This document shows positions 43,767 to 54,877 of a DNA stretch of 64,000 nucleotides, piece by piece (within the stretch, counting starts at the first letter, position 1; the number at the start of each line of letters is the position of its first letter). Where the stretch lies: the NCBI GenBank assembly GCA_000165345.1, contig CM000429.1, positions 32,001 to 96,000 of the forward strand, in the 5' to 3' direction. A model generated the notes under the pieces. The model was not told the DNA's origin. It worked only from the letters and a program-made list of their open reading frames with translations, and searched no databases. Position numbers and translations under genes: made by a program.

Positions 43767-44268
43767 TGTGTGCATATAATTATTTTAAGTATCTAAGTGG
43801 TTATAAATATTGAAAGTTAATTATTAGTAATTAAAATCAACAAGATATATTTCTTTGATAATAAAGGTGATTGTTAAATTTTCCAAAGTATAATTGAAAG
43901 AGCTGCAATTAAGTTTTTTTTCATATTGCTTTTTCAGACATTTCATGTAATGCATAATTAATCAGGTAGTACGAAATTTAATATTTTATTTTCATCAAAT
44001 AAATATGTATATTTGAAAATATAACATTTATATTTGTTCATAATTAGCGGAAAAGCTTTTCAATTGTGGAAATAGTTGGCTGACTAATTACTATACTTGA
44101 ATCTGAATTCAAGTCTGCTTAACAAGAGTGGGAAATATAAATTATTCCTCGGGAAAGCAATATCTTTATAGGAATGTAATAAATCTAATACCAAAATAAT
44201 TTTAATTTATTAATTGAATATTCAAATATTTATTCTAACTCGAAATAAGTGTTTTTTTTAGTAAAACG

Positions 44269-45462
44269 ATGAGCACAAAAGAGAATGTCATAGTCTATTG
44301 GGAGAAACAAGGAAACGACAGGATGTGTGCTCTACACTGTTTAAACTCAATTCTCCAAGGACCATATTTTGATGAAGCTTTTCTCTCTAAGATTGCTTAT
44401 GAAATAGATGACATGGAAAGACGCTTATTAGAAAAAAGTAACTCAACATTTAAGACAATTTCCGATAATAATTCTCAAAACGCTTCCTACGATGGCTTCT
44501 TCTCAATCATGGTTCTTCAGGAATGTTTACAAAGACATGGGTACTCTTGTATACCAGCAGCAAATCCGAGAGTTCAAGATTATATTTTGTATCCATCGTC
44601 TTGCTGTGGTTATATCATTAACTCATCAGAACACTGGACTTCAATAAGATGCGTCAAAGGAAAGTGGTTTAATTTAGATAGTCTTAAGGCTGCTCCTATT
44701 CACATTGATTATTTCGAGGTTTCAAAGTACTTGCAAGAAATTATGTTCTCTGGAAAGAGTGTTTTTGTTGTACAAAAAATTCAGAATGAAACTGATTCAC
44801 ATTCAATTCCTTTACCTGATCCCGACCCATTCCTTAGACCAATAAAGAACAATGGTAAACAAAGATTTTATCTCACTGCTTCAGAAATTGAGAACCTTGT
44901 TTTGGAGAAACAAAAAGAAGAAAATAGAGTATCTCAAATGGGTGACGAAACCCCAAATAAGAATTTTATGTATTCTAAGAAACCGGTTGAATACTCATGG
45001 CCAACTTCTGGCGGAAATGTGTTGCAGTCTACATTAAATAATGTTGATCAATCTAATGAAATGACATCCGAAGAAAAAGAACTTGAGAAAGTATTAAGGG
45101 AATCTGCAATAGAGTTTGCTAAGAGTATTCCTCTTCCAGATGAACCCCCTGCAGATCATGTCAATTCTATTCAAATTCGTGTCAGGAGCAAGGTTGGATC
45201 ATCTTTTGTCAGAAGGTTTGACAAGACTAATTCCTGTAAGCATCTATTCTCTTGGATCGAATATGAAATGGCACTATTGGGGAATTCAATTCATGGTAGC
45301 CCATATTCTTTCGTTTCTCAATTTCCCTATCTCAAAGTTTCAAAATTTGATGAAAATTCAATTAAAATTTCGAGATCTGATATTAGTGAGATAATTCTTA
45401 ATTCACCAACTTTCAATGACATTGGTATTAATGAGAACACTCTACTACTACTTAATCTTTAA
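44269..45462 (+). CDS. Josephin-domain deubiquitinase (ataxin-3-like) with a UIM and a C-terminal UBX-like domain.
   Basis: The Josephin catalytic blocks are QGNDRMCALHCLNSILQGPYF (Cys), SEHWTSIRCVKGKWFNLDS (His/Asn), and SYDGFFSIMVL. They are collinear with human ataxin-3 (QEGSLCAQHCLNNLLQG, EHWFTVRKLGKQWFNLNS). The UIM-like segment is EEKELEKVLRESAIEFAKS. The C-terminal IQIRVRSKVGSSFVRRFDKTNSCKHLFSWIEYEM...SPYSFVSQFP resembles the UBX beta-grasp (R..GSR..RRF). The gene sits head-to-head with CDC48. Confidence 0.8.
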   Translation: MSTKENVIVYWEKQGNDRMCALHCLNSILQGPYFDEAFLSKIAYEIDDMERRLLEKSNSTFKTISDNNSQNASYDGFFSIMVLQECLQRHGYSCIPAANPRVQDYILYPSSCCGYIINSSEHWTSIRCVKGKWFNLDSLKAAPIHIDYFEVSKYLQEIMFSGKSVFVVQKIQNETDSHSIPLPDPDPFLRPIKNNGKQRFYLTASEIENLVLEKQKEENRVSQMGDETPNKNFMYSKKPVEYSWPTSGGNVLQSTLNNVDQSNEMTSEEKELEKVLRESAIEFAKSIPLPDEPPADHVNSIQIRVRSKVGSSFVRRFDKTNSCKHLFSWIEYEMALLGNSIHGSPYSFVSQFPYLKVSKFDENSIKISRSDISEIILNSPTFNDIGINENTLLLLNL

Positions 45463-46114
45463 TAAAATTACTAATTTACGATATATATTGCTAATTCAAC
45501 GCACATTAGTATCATTACTTTATACTAAATAAGGTTAGTACTCAATTAGATTCCTAAAATATTAGCCTTAAAATAATATGTGTATATATATTTTTACTTT
45601 TTTTCTCTCTTAATTTATACTACCAGCTCAATTTTAGTCTCGAAACTAGAATCTAACAAGGGTGTGATATTGAACTTGATATTAATCATTTTATATTGAG
45701 GATCGCTGCTACCAATCCAGAATCACTAATACTTAATACAAAAAATATTTAAATACGTGTGCATAAAGTTATATACATCTCATTATGTTCGAGAAATATA
45801 CACCCAATTCCTTATTATTCAACTCAATATTAATTTAACAAGTTTTGTGTATAAAGTACATCAGGCGGGAATTTAGAGATGCTAAAGTGGCGCACACAAT
45901 GTTTTTCTGCCATATTTAGGAAGAACCAAAGGGAAAAAATCAAATTTCTGTGATTTCCCACAAAAAATTAATTAGAAACTGGAATTATTCTAATTAGTTT
46001 GGATTATAAGAAACACGATTTATTATGGTCATATTTGGTTCGGCAGATTTTTGATTTTTAACTTATATCGAAAAAAGAGTTATCGTATGGGAATGAGTTT
46101 GAGATTCACTTCGG

Positions 46115-47824
46115 ATGGATAACTTATGGAGCAATCCGAATGTAAATAATAAACACTGTCAGTTATTATTCATTGAATGTGAACTATGGAGGCTTCATCC
46201 TGCTGAAAAATACCAGGTTCCCATTGTAAATGGGAATGTTGGAAGTAATCAGCAATCACTATGTTTTGAACCATCTTTTTTGGATGCTTCATCCCTCTTT
46301 AATATTTCAAATGTTTCTCATTTTGAAGATTCTAAGTATTTAGTTGAAGTTACCTTACTTTCTGTTAATTCTTCAGATGACTTGGAAAATAGTACAGGAT
46401 ATACTGCATTAATTTCAAGCGAATTCTTATCTCCTCAAACTTTATCTTATTCTAGGGATTGTATAGATGTCAAAGGTTTTTCTGAAAGAATTGAAAAGCA
46501 GAGCATTCTTGATATGGAAAGAATATATAGATTAATAAGCTACTTTCTCTCTTGTTGTCAAAACAGAGATTGTAATTGCAATTTGAATAATTTAAATAAT
46601 AAATCATGTATTATTACGTGGGATCCTGTAAAAACAAAATTGCTCCTAAATCTAGACTTATTCAATAATAACCTTGCATCTAGTAATAGTACAATTTCAG
46701 GTAATAATTCATGTCCAAATAATATATGGAATAAATTAAACTCTATAATTGGTTTAGGCGGATTAATTAAGAGTTTTCTTCCAGAATTCTGGCCAGCTTA
46801 TGAGCCCAGCAGTTCTCTGGAGCTCTTCAGCATACTTAAAAATATTGCATTTTCTTTCAATATATCCATTGAAGATCTTTTTGTTTCTCCATTTAATAGC
46901 GATAATAATACATCTATCAGAGACCTTTCATCAATTTGTAAATGTATGGCAAGAATATACCTTATTCTTTTAAAAAAGGGAATTATTCATGTTCATCAAG
47001 AGAGAGTCAATGTTTCTGAATACAAAGATTCTCCTCATTTAGAAAATTCTCTTGTTCGTCCTGTTGTGAGACTAAGAGGTCTTCCTTGGAAAGCTGCCGT
47101 ATTAGATATTATTGCTTTTTTCAACCCAATATGTAGGATATCATCCTACGACATCGCTATTTCATATAATAAAGATGGAAAAATGACGGGGGAGGCCTAT
47201 GTGTTACTTCCTTCTATAAAAGCATATGAGCTTTCACTTACGCTCTTACATGGTAAAAGAATGGGTAAAAGGTGGATTGAAGTCCTTCCTTCATCTACCA
47301 AAGAGTTCTTAATTTGTTTACAAATCACCAGTTTAAAGAAACAAAATCAAAATCCTTCCATTTTTAATGACAATAAAATCATTGATAGATATTATAACCG
47401 TTCAGTTCTTAGACTTAGAGGCCTACCTTGGTCTACTACGGAAATTGAAATCGTACAATTCTTTATTTCTGGTGGAATTTATGGTTTGAACGCTTCTGAC
47501 GTGTTTCTAGGAATCACTGAAAATCAAAGAGCATCTGGCGAAGCCTGGATTATACTTCCTCACAAATGTGATGCATTTGATGCTCAGAGAATACTTAATA
47601 GGAGGGTTATTGGTAAGAGATATATTGAAGTTTTCATTTCGTCCTTTCAGGAGCTTACCACAGCCAGATCCACTTATTCTTTGAAGCAATCTTCTGTGGA
47701 TTTTTTCCATGCTTTAAGTAGTACATCAAGTAATAATAGTACTTGCAGTACCGTTTCTAATAGACAAAGAATCAATGCAAGGGCATTTACATCTCTTGGA
47801 AGCAACCCGTTTCTTAGAAAATGA
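46115..47824 (+). CDS. RNA-binding protein with two hnRNP F/H-type quasi-RRM domains.
   Basis: The RRMs are VVRLRGLPWKAAVLDIIAFF...GKMTGEAYVLLPS...GKRWIEVLPSSTKEF and VLRLRGLPWSTTEIEIVQFF...RASGEAWIILPH...GKRYIEVFISSFQEL. They match the qRRM consensus VRLRGLPW...GEAFV...G.RYIEVF.SS..E. Confidence 0.7.
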   Translation: MDNLWSNPNVNNKHCQLLFIECELWRLHPAEKYQVPIVNGNVGSNQQSLCFEPSFLDASSLFNISNVSHFEDSKYLVEVTLLSVNSSDDLENSTGYTALISSEFLSPQTLSYSRDCIDVKGFSERIEKQSILDMERIYRLISYFLSCCQNRDCNCNLNNLNNKSCIITWDPVKTKLLLNLDLFNNNLASSNSTISGNNSCPNNIWNKLNSIIGLGGLIKSFLPEFWPAYEPSSSLELFSILKNIAFSFNISIEDLFVSPFNSDNNTSIRDLSSICKCMARIYLILLKKGIIHVHQERVNVSEYKDSPHLENSLVRPVVRLRGLPWKAAVLDIIAFFNPICRISSYDIAISYNKDGKMTGEAYVLLPSIKAYELSLTLLHGKRMGKRWIEVLPSSTKEFLICLQITSLKKQNQNPSIFNDNKIIDRYYNRSVLRLRGLPWSTTEIEIVQFFISGGIYGLNASDVFLGITENQRASGEAWIILPHKCDAFDAQRILNRRVIGKRYIEVFISSFQELTTARSTYSLKQSSVDFFHALSSTSSNNSTCSTVSNRQRINARAFTSLGSNPFLRK

Positions 47825-49289
47825 TAATTTATATCAGCTCTAAGATTTTTAATCACGTCTATTATTAAACTGCTAATTGAGCTTCGAAGAATTGATAATA
47901 ATTTGAATTTTCAAGAAAGGAAAGATCATCACAAGTCAGCTAATTAAGAGAAACTATTTTAAATATTTCTCTTTATCTTTCATTAATTTTCTGTCAGCCA
48001 TTGTAGCAGGCAGCAATCTGTTACTAACGACTATTCACTGCTCAATATAATTTGTATGCTTTAACCTTGAGTTTTTGGGATTTCAGGTTTAATAAGGTTG
48101 TTTAATTAGTTTAATGCAACCAGAAAAGTCATAAAGTCATGTATACAAGATTACCAAATATGTATTTTCATATGGGTTTTTTAATTATTGCTAGACTAAT
48201 ATTCAATTTTACATTCAGAATTGTAATTAAAAAAATCTAATCTTTTGGAAAATCTTAAATCCCAGAATCATTATATTCGAAGAAAAAATCACTGTTAAGA
48301 TATGAATTGTAATATGAGCCTATGGTAAATTATTAAAATTTGTTTTCTTTTTTTTTTTTTTAAATATATTGAAAAATTCAATTTCAATATATTTACTTTG
48401 TAATTATAGTACATATACCTATATATACATTTATAAGAAATGAATGTACATTCTTTTCTATGTATTTAATTTGTGTATGTATGAAAAAAATATTCATTAA
48501 CTCCAGATTCAAATTTAGAAGAAATTCACACAGAATCTGTATCATTCAAAAATTAGTAGAAAGTAATAAAGAATATAAGGTCCTAAGATTTAATAATAAA
48601 ATTAAACGTTAAAGGAATTTTTCCGTCTAAATCTGATAAATGTTCATAATATCAAAGCAAATATCAGGTTTTTTTTTCTAAATAATTATATTGAACAAAT
48701 TCAATAATTACCGGTATTGCCACAGGCATGGTGCATGCACTTGAATTTTGGAAATAATGTGGAAAACTACAAGAGTCTTTTTGCTTCAAATATTAATTAA
48801 TTAAAAAAAATACTATTAAAAATTCCGGGAAGATTTTTTTAGAATATTTTTTTTATCAATTAATTATTAGTTTTCTTCGAAAGGCAATAATTAATGCTAA
48901 TAGCTTTTAATTGGTACAATCATTGGAGATTACCTCAATTACCGATATTAGCAATTTGGGTTATTAGAAACCTTTTTCCAATAGATCAGCTTTAAAGTTG
49001 TGAGTGATATTATTTAGAAACAATGAATCACTTTGGCAAGGAAACTATTTGAAAGAAACTAGAGAAAACGATTCCAAATTTATGATTGAGGTTTAGTGTG
49101 AATTAACAAGAAGAATTTGGCGGCAATGTATTTTAGAAATTTCTGAGCAAAGTGGAATCACCTTTTGAAAGATAAAGTTTTTTTTTTTTTTTATATATAT
49201 ATAGAAAAGAATGAATCAATGAAAAATAGAAACTAAAAGTTACGTTAATAATAATAATAATAACAATAATTTTCGTTTTGATATTACTT

Positions 49290-51800
49290 TTAATTAATAT
49301 CATCATCTTCGGAATTAATGTCCCAATACTCGATAATATCATTCTGAATAACATCTGAACAAACTTCATTTGTGCTTGGTTTAGTATTAAGTTCATCAGA
49401 GTTTTCACTTTCTAATTTGCGGCTTTTGTTTCTCTTGTTGTTTTTACTTTCTTGGTTTTCTCTAGTGATTGAGGATCTTTTATTGGGTTTAGTTTGATTA
49501 CTAATAAGAGGTGTTGATTCCTTTATGTCATTCATTTGACTTTTGATTGATTTTTTTAGCTTCTTAAGCTGTCTTGGTCCTAGATTCTTGATATCATTGA
49601 TGGATTTTCCAGCTTTTTGTAATTGTTGGAGAAGTATCTTAAATTCTAAATCTTCTTGTTCATCTTCTAAAGTAAAGTCCTGATAGTTGTTTGAGTTTAC
49701 ATTATCAGAATTATCAAAAGCTTTCATAGACGATAATTTGATCTTTCCCTTAATTAATTCAGTTCTTTGATTTTTGATATGAATAATATAGTTTTCTAGT
49801 TGAAGAAATTCTTCAGAGTTGATTTTAGAATTGAGAGAATTATAAACATAATCACAATACAATTTACTGGAATAAGGAGAAATGAGATTATTATTGTTAT
49901 TATTATTGGTATTATTTTGGTTGTAAACTGACGAAAGGAATTCTTGGTTAGTTAAAATAGTGGTTCTGATGTTTTTAATATATTCAGAATGAGTTTCAGC
50001 CTTTTTAATGATTTCCTTAATTAGTCTGTTAATATTATCATTCCAGTGTCTACTATTATGTTTTTGAAGCTTCTTAAGGTTTGGTATAATTCCAAATAAG
50101 AATTCTGGAAAAGATGGATGTTTAAATAAGCTGGAGATATATAATGTGACAATATGGGCCCAGAATTCAAATAAAGAATCATAAACCTGATGTGATTTTG
50201 AAATTGAGTTTCCAATTTTTATTTCAAATTCTGGCATGAAAGGTTTACTTGAAGTCGTGATCATGGTTTGCGTTTTTAAGTTATTTTGAGATGATTTATT
50301 GAATGTTAGTTTAACTCCTCTTTCAATAGTTGAATGAGCATCAAATAACATTTCTGAAAGTGGGATAAATACTTTGTTAGAAATTGAGATTTCAGTAAGT
50401 ATCTCTAAATTTTGAAGTGTGAATGGGAGGAATGGAATAGAATTTAATTTAAGTTTGGTAATGGAAGTAATAATAGTAACAAGTGGATATTGTAGTGGGT
50501 AAAGCTGTGATATATTAGAAATAGATAATGACCAAATTCTGATAAAGGTTAAAAATTTCCAGCTGAATAAGTTGACAAATACTTCTTCAAAGAGCTTCTT
50601 TTTGCTTGCTGAACCTTTTGATTGAATTTTTGAGTTATTTTTGGAATCGCTAGTTCTAGAAATACGAATATATAAAATCCTAAGCATAGATCCTAGTCTC
50701 CTTATAACATTATAAGCAATTCTATAAACCATATTATGATTGGATTCTTGTAAAAGAAGAACATAGTCGTTTATGATTTGTTTATATGATATGTAATTTT
50801 TCCAAGAAATTCCTCTCATTGCTGATATTCCTATTGTACGATGTAAAATAAGTAGAAACTCTTCGTGCATTTTGATTGGATTACTTACAATATCATTTTT
50901 GTCAAAGAATTCAAAATCAGAACCGTTTTTATTGATATAGTTTTGAGAAATCATTTCAAAACGAGCATTGATTGTCCTTAGTACTTGAAATGCTCCCTGT
51001 TTTAATAAAATATATTTATTCATAGTCCAAATTCTGGACAACAATGTAGAAAATCGGTTTGTTAACAACCTATTTGGCATTATCCAAAGAATTAATAATG
51101 GGTCTGAAAGCTTTTTAAATACATTTTGCATTAATTCTAGATTTGGTTGGATGCTTAAACAATTATTTAAAATTAAATTACTTAAATCTTGCCAGAAAAA
51201 TTTACATATCTTTTCAACTTTGCTCCAATTTGGTAGGGATTCTGGGATAATATCAGAATTTAACTCTTCTTTTTGCATTTTTCCTGAGGAGTGGTACCAA
51301 AACAAATAAGGAATTTTTTCAAGTACATAGATGGTGATTTCAAACATTAATTCGGGATCATCAATTTGAAAAGTTGCACATCTTTCCTTCTTGTGGCTCT
51401 TAATTTCAGGTGTTTTATTTTCAGACTTCTTTTTCTTAGTCTTTTCAATATTTGGTTTAACTGAATCCTCTTCACTAGTTAAAGCATTGATACTCGTTAC
51501 TGACCTAAAACAACTTAGTAACAAACTCAAACTCTTAAAAGATTTTTTAGAGTCCAAACTTTCAACAATTTCTCGAAATTTTATTTTATCTAGTTTTGGA
51601 AGCCCAAACTCGGATTCTCCTAATTCATTGCTTTCCTCTTGTATGACTTCATCCTCCGGTTCATCCTTAAATCCTACAGGATCCAATAAATCCTGTCCAT
51701 GCTCTTCCAAGTATTTGTAAAACTCATAATCAACCTCTTTCAATTGTTTGAGCTCCTCCAGATGTCTGGAGGTGTCCAAATTTATATCCGATTCGCTCAT
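49290..51800 (-). CDS. NOC2: Nucleolar complex protein 2 (NOC2) family ribosome-biogenesis protein.
   Basis: The N-terminal HLEELKQLKEVDYEFYKYLEEHGQDLLD matches the NOC2 signature [27 protein letters not shown]. It is a large helical protein with acidic and basic terminal tails typical of the family. ORF 49133-49408 overlaps the 3-prime end in another frame and is spurious. Confidence 0.65.
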   Translation of the reverse strand: MSESDINLDTSRHLEELKQLKEVDYEFYKYLEEHGQDLLDPVGFKDEPEDEVIQEESNELGESEFGLPKLDKIKFREIVESLDSKKSFKSLSLLLSCFRSVTSINALTSEEDSVKPNIEKTKKKKSENKTPEIKSHKKERCATFQIDDPELMFEITIYVLEKIPYLFWYHSSGKMQKEELNSDIIPESLPNWSKVEKICKFFWQDLSNLILNNCLSIQPNLELMQNVFKKLSDPLLILWIMPNRLLTNRFSTLLSRIWTMNKYILLKQGAFQVLRTINARFEMISQNYINKNGSDFEFFDKNDIVSNPIKMHEEFLLILHRTIGISAMRGISWKNYISYKQIINDYVLLLQESNHNMVYRIAYNVIRRLGSMLRILYIRISRTSDSKNNSKIQSKGSASKKKLFEEVFVNLFSWKFLTFIRIWSLSISNISQLYPLQYPLVTIITSITKLKLNSIPFLPFTLQNLEILTEISISNKVFIPLSEMLFDAHSTIERGVKLTFNKSSQNNLKTQTMITTSSKPFMPEFEIKIGNSISKSHQVYDSLFEFWAHIVTLYISSLFKHPSFPEFLFGIIPNLKKLQKHNSRHWNDNINRLIKEIIKKAETHSEYIKNIRTTILTNQEFLSSVYNQNNTNNNNNNNLISPYSSKLYCDYVYNSLNSKINSEEFLQLENYIIHIKNQRTELIKGKIKLSSMKAFDNSDNVNSNNYQDFTLEDEQEDLEFKILLQQLQKAGKSINDIKNLGPRQLKKLKKSIKSQMNDIKESTPLISNQTKPNKRSSITRENQESKNNKRNKSRKLESENSDELNTKPSTNEVCSDVIQNDIIEYWDINSEDDDIN

Positions 51801-51851
51801 CTCTAATTTTGTTTTAATAAATATTTAATTGTCACTGAATGACGCATACAT

Positions 51852-51863
51852 GGCGCGCGCGCC
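51852..51863. promoter_or_regulatory. Extended palindromic GGCGCGCGCGCC box just upstream of the NOC2 start.
   Basis: The sequence catggcgcgcgcgccatat lies 50 bp upstream of the NOC2 ATG at 51800 on the minus strand. Confidence 0.55.
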
Positions 51864-52016
51864 ATATTAGGGGTTTATACTAAAAACAAATAAAGCGAGA
51901 AACAAGGGTAAGTGAAGATATAAAAACTTAATGTATTAATGATAAAAATGATGGTATGAGAAGCTAACATTATGCCTCAATAGTAATTAAATATATTAAT
52001 AACCAAGCTACTTTAA

Positions 52017-54260
52017 CTAAACTTTCGAGTATGTTTCACTGGTAACTTGTACAGCACAACTATTAATCGCTTTAGTACTTTCTGTGTAGTATTTCTTATA
52101 ATAGATAGAGTATAATATAGATATAATTGTAACAATAGTAACTGAAATAATACAAACTGATAAATATGTCAGATTTTTTCCAAAGTCAGCTGGCTCGCTA
52201 TTAAGGAAGATGATACTTTGCTTGTTTTTAGAGTTCCGTTCTATATTAAGGTATATTTCGGAATAAGGAAGGAATTCATTTTTTCTTAAGTAAAGTTGAT
52301 TACATAAATAATCAGAACTTGATGAATGCACGATTAAAGCGGTATTAGAGTTGGAATTATTATCAGGGAATTTAATGAATCCGCACTGACAAATTCCATT
52401 CGTGTGTTTATTTTTAATGTTTGCAATACAAGTATGAATAATAAAGTTTGGGTTGGAATTTGATTTGGAAGCTATATTAATGGATGAATTCTTGTATTTG
52501 AAATTCACCTTAAATCCACGACTAGATCTTGATTCAACGGAATCGTTAAAAACAAACCCTCTAACAAACTTGAATTCATCTTTTCCATTTTCTTTTTTTT
52601 GCTTACCCAACGATATAAGCAATTGTTGTGTATTGCATTCATTTTCCATGCTGACAGTAGAGTTCAATTCCTTAAAATTAGAAGTTCTGTATCTAAAGCC
52701 GGCAGAATACTCGCCAAATTTGGTTTTTCCAGGATCAAATTTGGAATCTTGTTTACAGTTAGATGAAAGCAACTCCCAAGTAAAGATTGTGTGACATTCA
52801 GAAGTTCCCTTGGAATTATTTTTGTGAGTCTCATCAGTAGTATTGGAACAAATAGATGATAATCCACTGTTGAATAATGAAAATTCAAGTTTTCCATGAT
52901 TAACTTCAGAGTGCATTTGTAAGTGTAAGCTAGCAGAAATACTGAGCTCAATAGTGGACTTTGAGGCCACAGCAAGAATTTGGGGATAATATTTTTTTGC
53001 AATTGGGAAAATTTCACTCTGAGGGGGATAAAATCCAAAATATTCAGAGCCAATTTCTGGAGATAATGAAATTATATTGTGAGCTGCAAGTAAATAGTCA
53101 TCTGCTTCTCCCGAAGCCTCATAATCCATTGTGGGGTTTCTAGCTGCTGATGAGAAACAATAATTGGAAGCATTTTCAAATTCATTTCTTGATTTTGTGA
53201 AAAATGTTGAATCAAATCCTTTTTTGGCAGAATTGACAAAAAATGGGCCCTTCATATGCATTAAGGTTTTAATTATACAAGAAGGAGAAGATATTAAAAT
53301 TTCATACTTAAGTTCATTATATATGGAAGCGATATTCTCGTTTAGATCTTTGTCCTTGCAACAATTCCAAGGTATAGTCCACAAATCACCAAATGTATGC
53401 AGATTAACTGCAGTAACAAAACTTTTTACATTATTTACAAGATCTCTTACAGCTCGTGTTTCGGGTTCAGAAAAAGGATATTCCCCAGAATACTCTTGCG
53501 GGTCACATTTAGAAACAAGAGAGTTTTCAAAATTGAAGTCATAATTACGATTAATATCAACTCCATCTTCATCTGATCTCCCAGAATTACAAGTTTTCCT
53601 TTGATTCTTTCTAATCCCATAATTTCGTGTTCTTTCTATTGCTGCATATCCATCTGGATTTACAAATGGGACATACCAAATATCGATATTAGAGAGTAAA
53701 AAGTTAGAAGCAGGGTCTTGCTTATAAATTGCATCTTCCATGAGTTTAGTGATAAAGTATATTCCAGTTGTTAAGCCTGCAGGCTCTCTTGAATGATGCA
53801 TTGATGTTAGTAAAAATGCAGGTTTTTTACCCTGATTAATATAAAAGTACGAGTCTTCTGAATAAGAGCCATCCATCTTACTAAAAAATCCGACTCTATA
53901 AGCATCAATAGGCCTTCCTTCAAAACTTGTCCCTATTTTATGCTTCCTTATAAAGTTTGTTCCGAATTGTGATGCTAAATTATCCAAAATGATCATTGCT
54001 TCGTTCAATTTTGGGAAACTTCTCAATGAACCCCTATTCAAAGAATACAAAATTCTTCTAAGATCTTGGTTTTCAACACCATAATCCATATCTGGGATTC
54101 CTAATTCTAAATAATCATCAGGGATTGTTGAAATTTGTTCTCTTGAATATTGTAGCTTCCTCTCTGGTCTTTCTACATATCCAAAAACTTTGTAAATAAA
54201 TATCAAAAAAATTATGGTTAAAAAACTAATAATATCTGATGGCTTTCTTTGCTTCTTCAT
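52017..54260 (-). CDS. Membrane-anchored M14 zinc carboxypeptidase (type I: signal peptide plus C-terminal TM).
   Basis: Zn-binding HxxE is in MHHSREPAG. The substrate-binding NR is in GVDINRNYDF. The third His is in VNLHTFGD. The N-terminal hydrophobic segment is ISFLTIIFLIFIYKVFG and the C-terminal TM is LTYLSVCIISVTIVTIISILYSIYY. Confidence 0.8.
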   Translation of the reverse strand: MKKQRKPSDIISFLTIIFLIFIYKVFGYVERPERKLQYSREQISTIPDDYLELGIPDMDYGVENQDLRRILYSLNRGSLRSFPKLNEAMIILDNLASQFGTNFIRKHKIGTSFEGRPIDAYRVGFFSKMDGSYSEDSYFYINQGKKPAFLLTSMHHSREPAGLTTGIYFITKLMEDAIYKQDPASNFLLSNIDIWYVPFVNPDGYAAIERTRNYGIRKNQRKTCNSGRSDEDGVDINRNYDFNFENSLVSKCDPQEYSGEYPFSEPETRAVRDLVNNVKSFVTAVNLHTFGDLWTIPWNCCKDKDLNENIASIYNELKYEILISSPSCIIKTLMHMKGPFFVNSAKKGFDSTFFTKSRNEFENASNYCFSSAARNPTMDYEASGEADDYLLAAHNIISLSPEIGSEYFGFYPPQSEIFPIAKKYYPQILAVASKSTIELSISASLHLQMHSEVNHGKLEFSLFNSGLSSICSNTTDETHKNNSKGTSECHTIFTWELLSSNCKQDSKFDPGKTKFGEYSAGFRYRTSNFKELNSTVSMENECNTQQLLISLGKQKKENGKDEFKFVRGFVFNDSVESRSSRGFKVNFKYKNSSINIASKSNSNPNFIIHTCIANIKNKHTNGICQCGFIKFPDNNSNSNTALIVHSSSSDYLCNQLYLRKNEFLPYSEIYLNIERNSKNKQSIIFLNSEPADFGKNLTYLSVCIISVTIVTIISILYSIYYKKYYTESTKAINSCAVQVTSETYSKV

Positions 54261-54877
54261 TCTGTATTTTTACAAGATAAATATATATTTCTAAATAACA
54301 TTTTCAATTTTTTGCTTCCTTGTCAAAGATATTAAAAATTTGGCCTGCTTATAAATTACTATTGTAGAAAATATACCTGCATTATATGTTCTCTTGTTAA
54401 AATAGTAATCTAGACTTATATTATTTTCAAATTATATTTTTTTCTTGATTCCAATCCCCATTGCCCTTTGTCCGTGTGGAATTTTTATATTTCTTACCGC
54501 TTATTGTTTTCTCTGCCAAATGCGCCTTGGTAATTAATCATTAACTTATAATCATTTTATCCGAAGTTTTTTTAAAGTTAAGAAATGAAATTTTAAACCT
54601 TTTGTAAAATTTAAGTAAATTTACTTTACGCCTAACCAATTCTGAATTAATCTTTATTTAATTTTGCATAATCCTAATTACTATGTGGACACTCCACCTA
54701 ATGCAAACGCATGTATACCGGTACATGTAATGGAATATTTGTGATTTTTCCGTAGTATGCATGCACAATTGGAGTGGGAAATTGATAAGAATTACGGAAT
54801 AAAAGAATACATTATTACTTATATTAATTAATACTAATTATCTCTTTTCCCTAAAAGTGTATATTCATATAAAATGT

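Noticed and set aside
44852-45394. ORFs 44852-45037(+) and 45116-45394(+) inside the Josephin gene.
   Set aside because: They are alternate-frame ORFs nested in the 397-aa Josephin-UBX ORF. The main frame carries the conserved Josephin blocks.
49133-49408. A 91-aa minus-strand ORF overlapping the 3-prime end of NOC2.
   Set aside because: It is in a different frame from the 836-aa NOC2 ORF and reads K/I-rich low complexity, so it is spurious.
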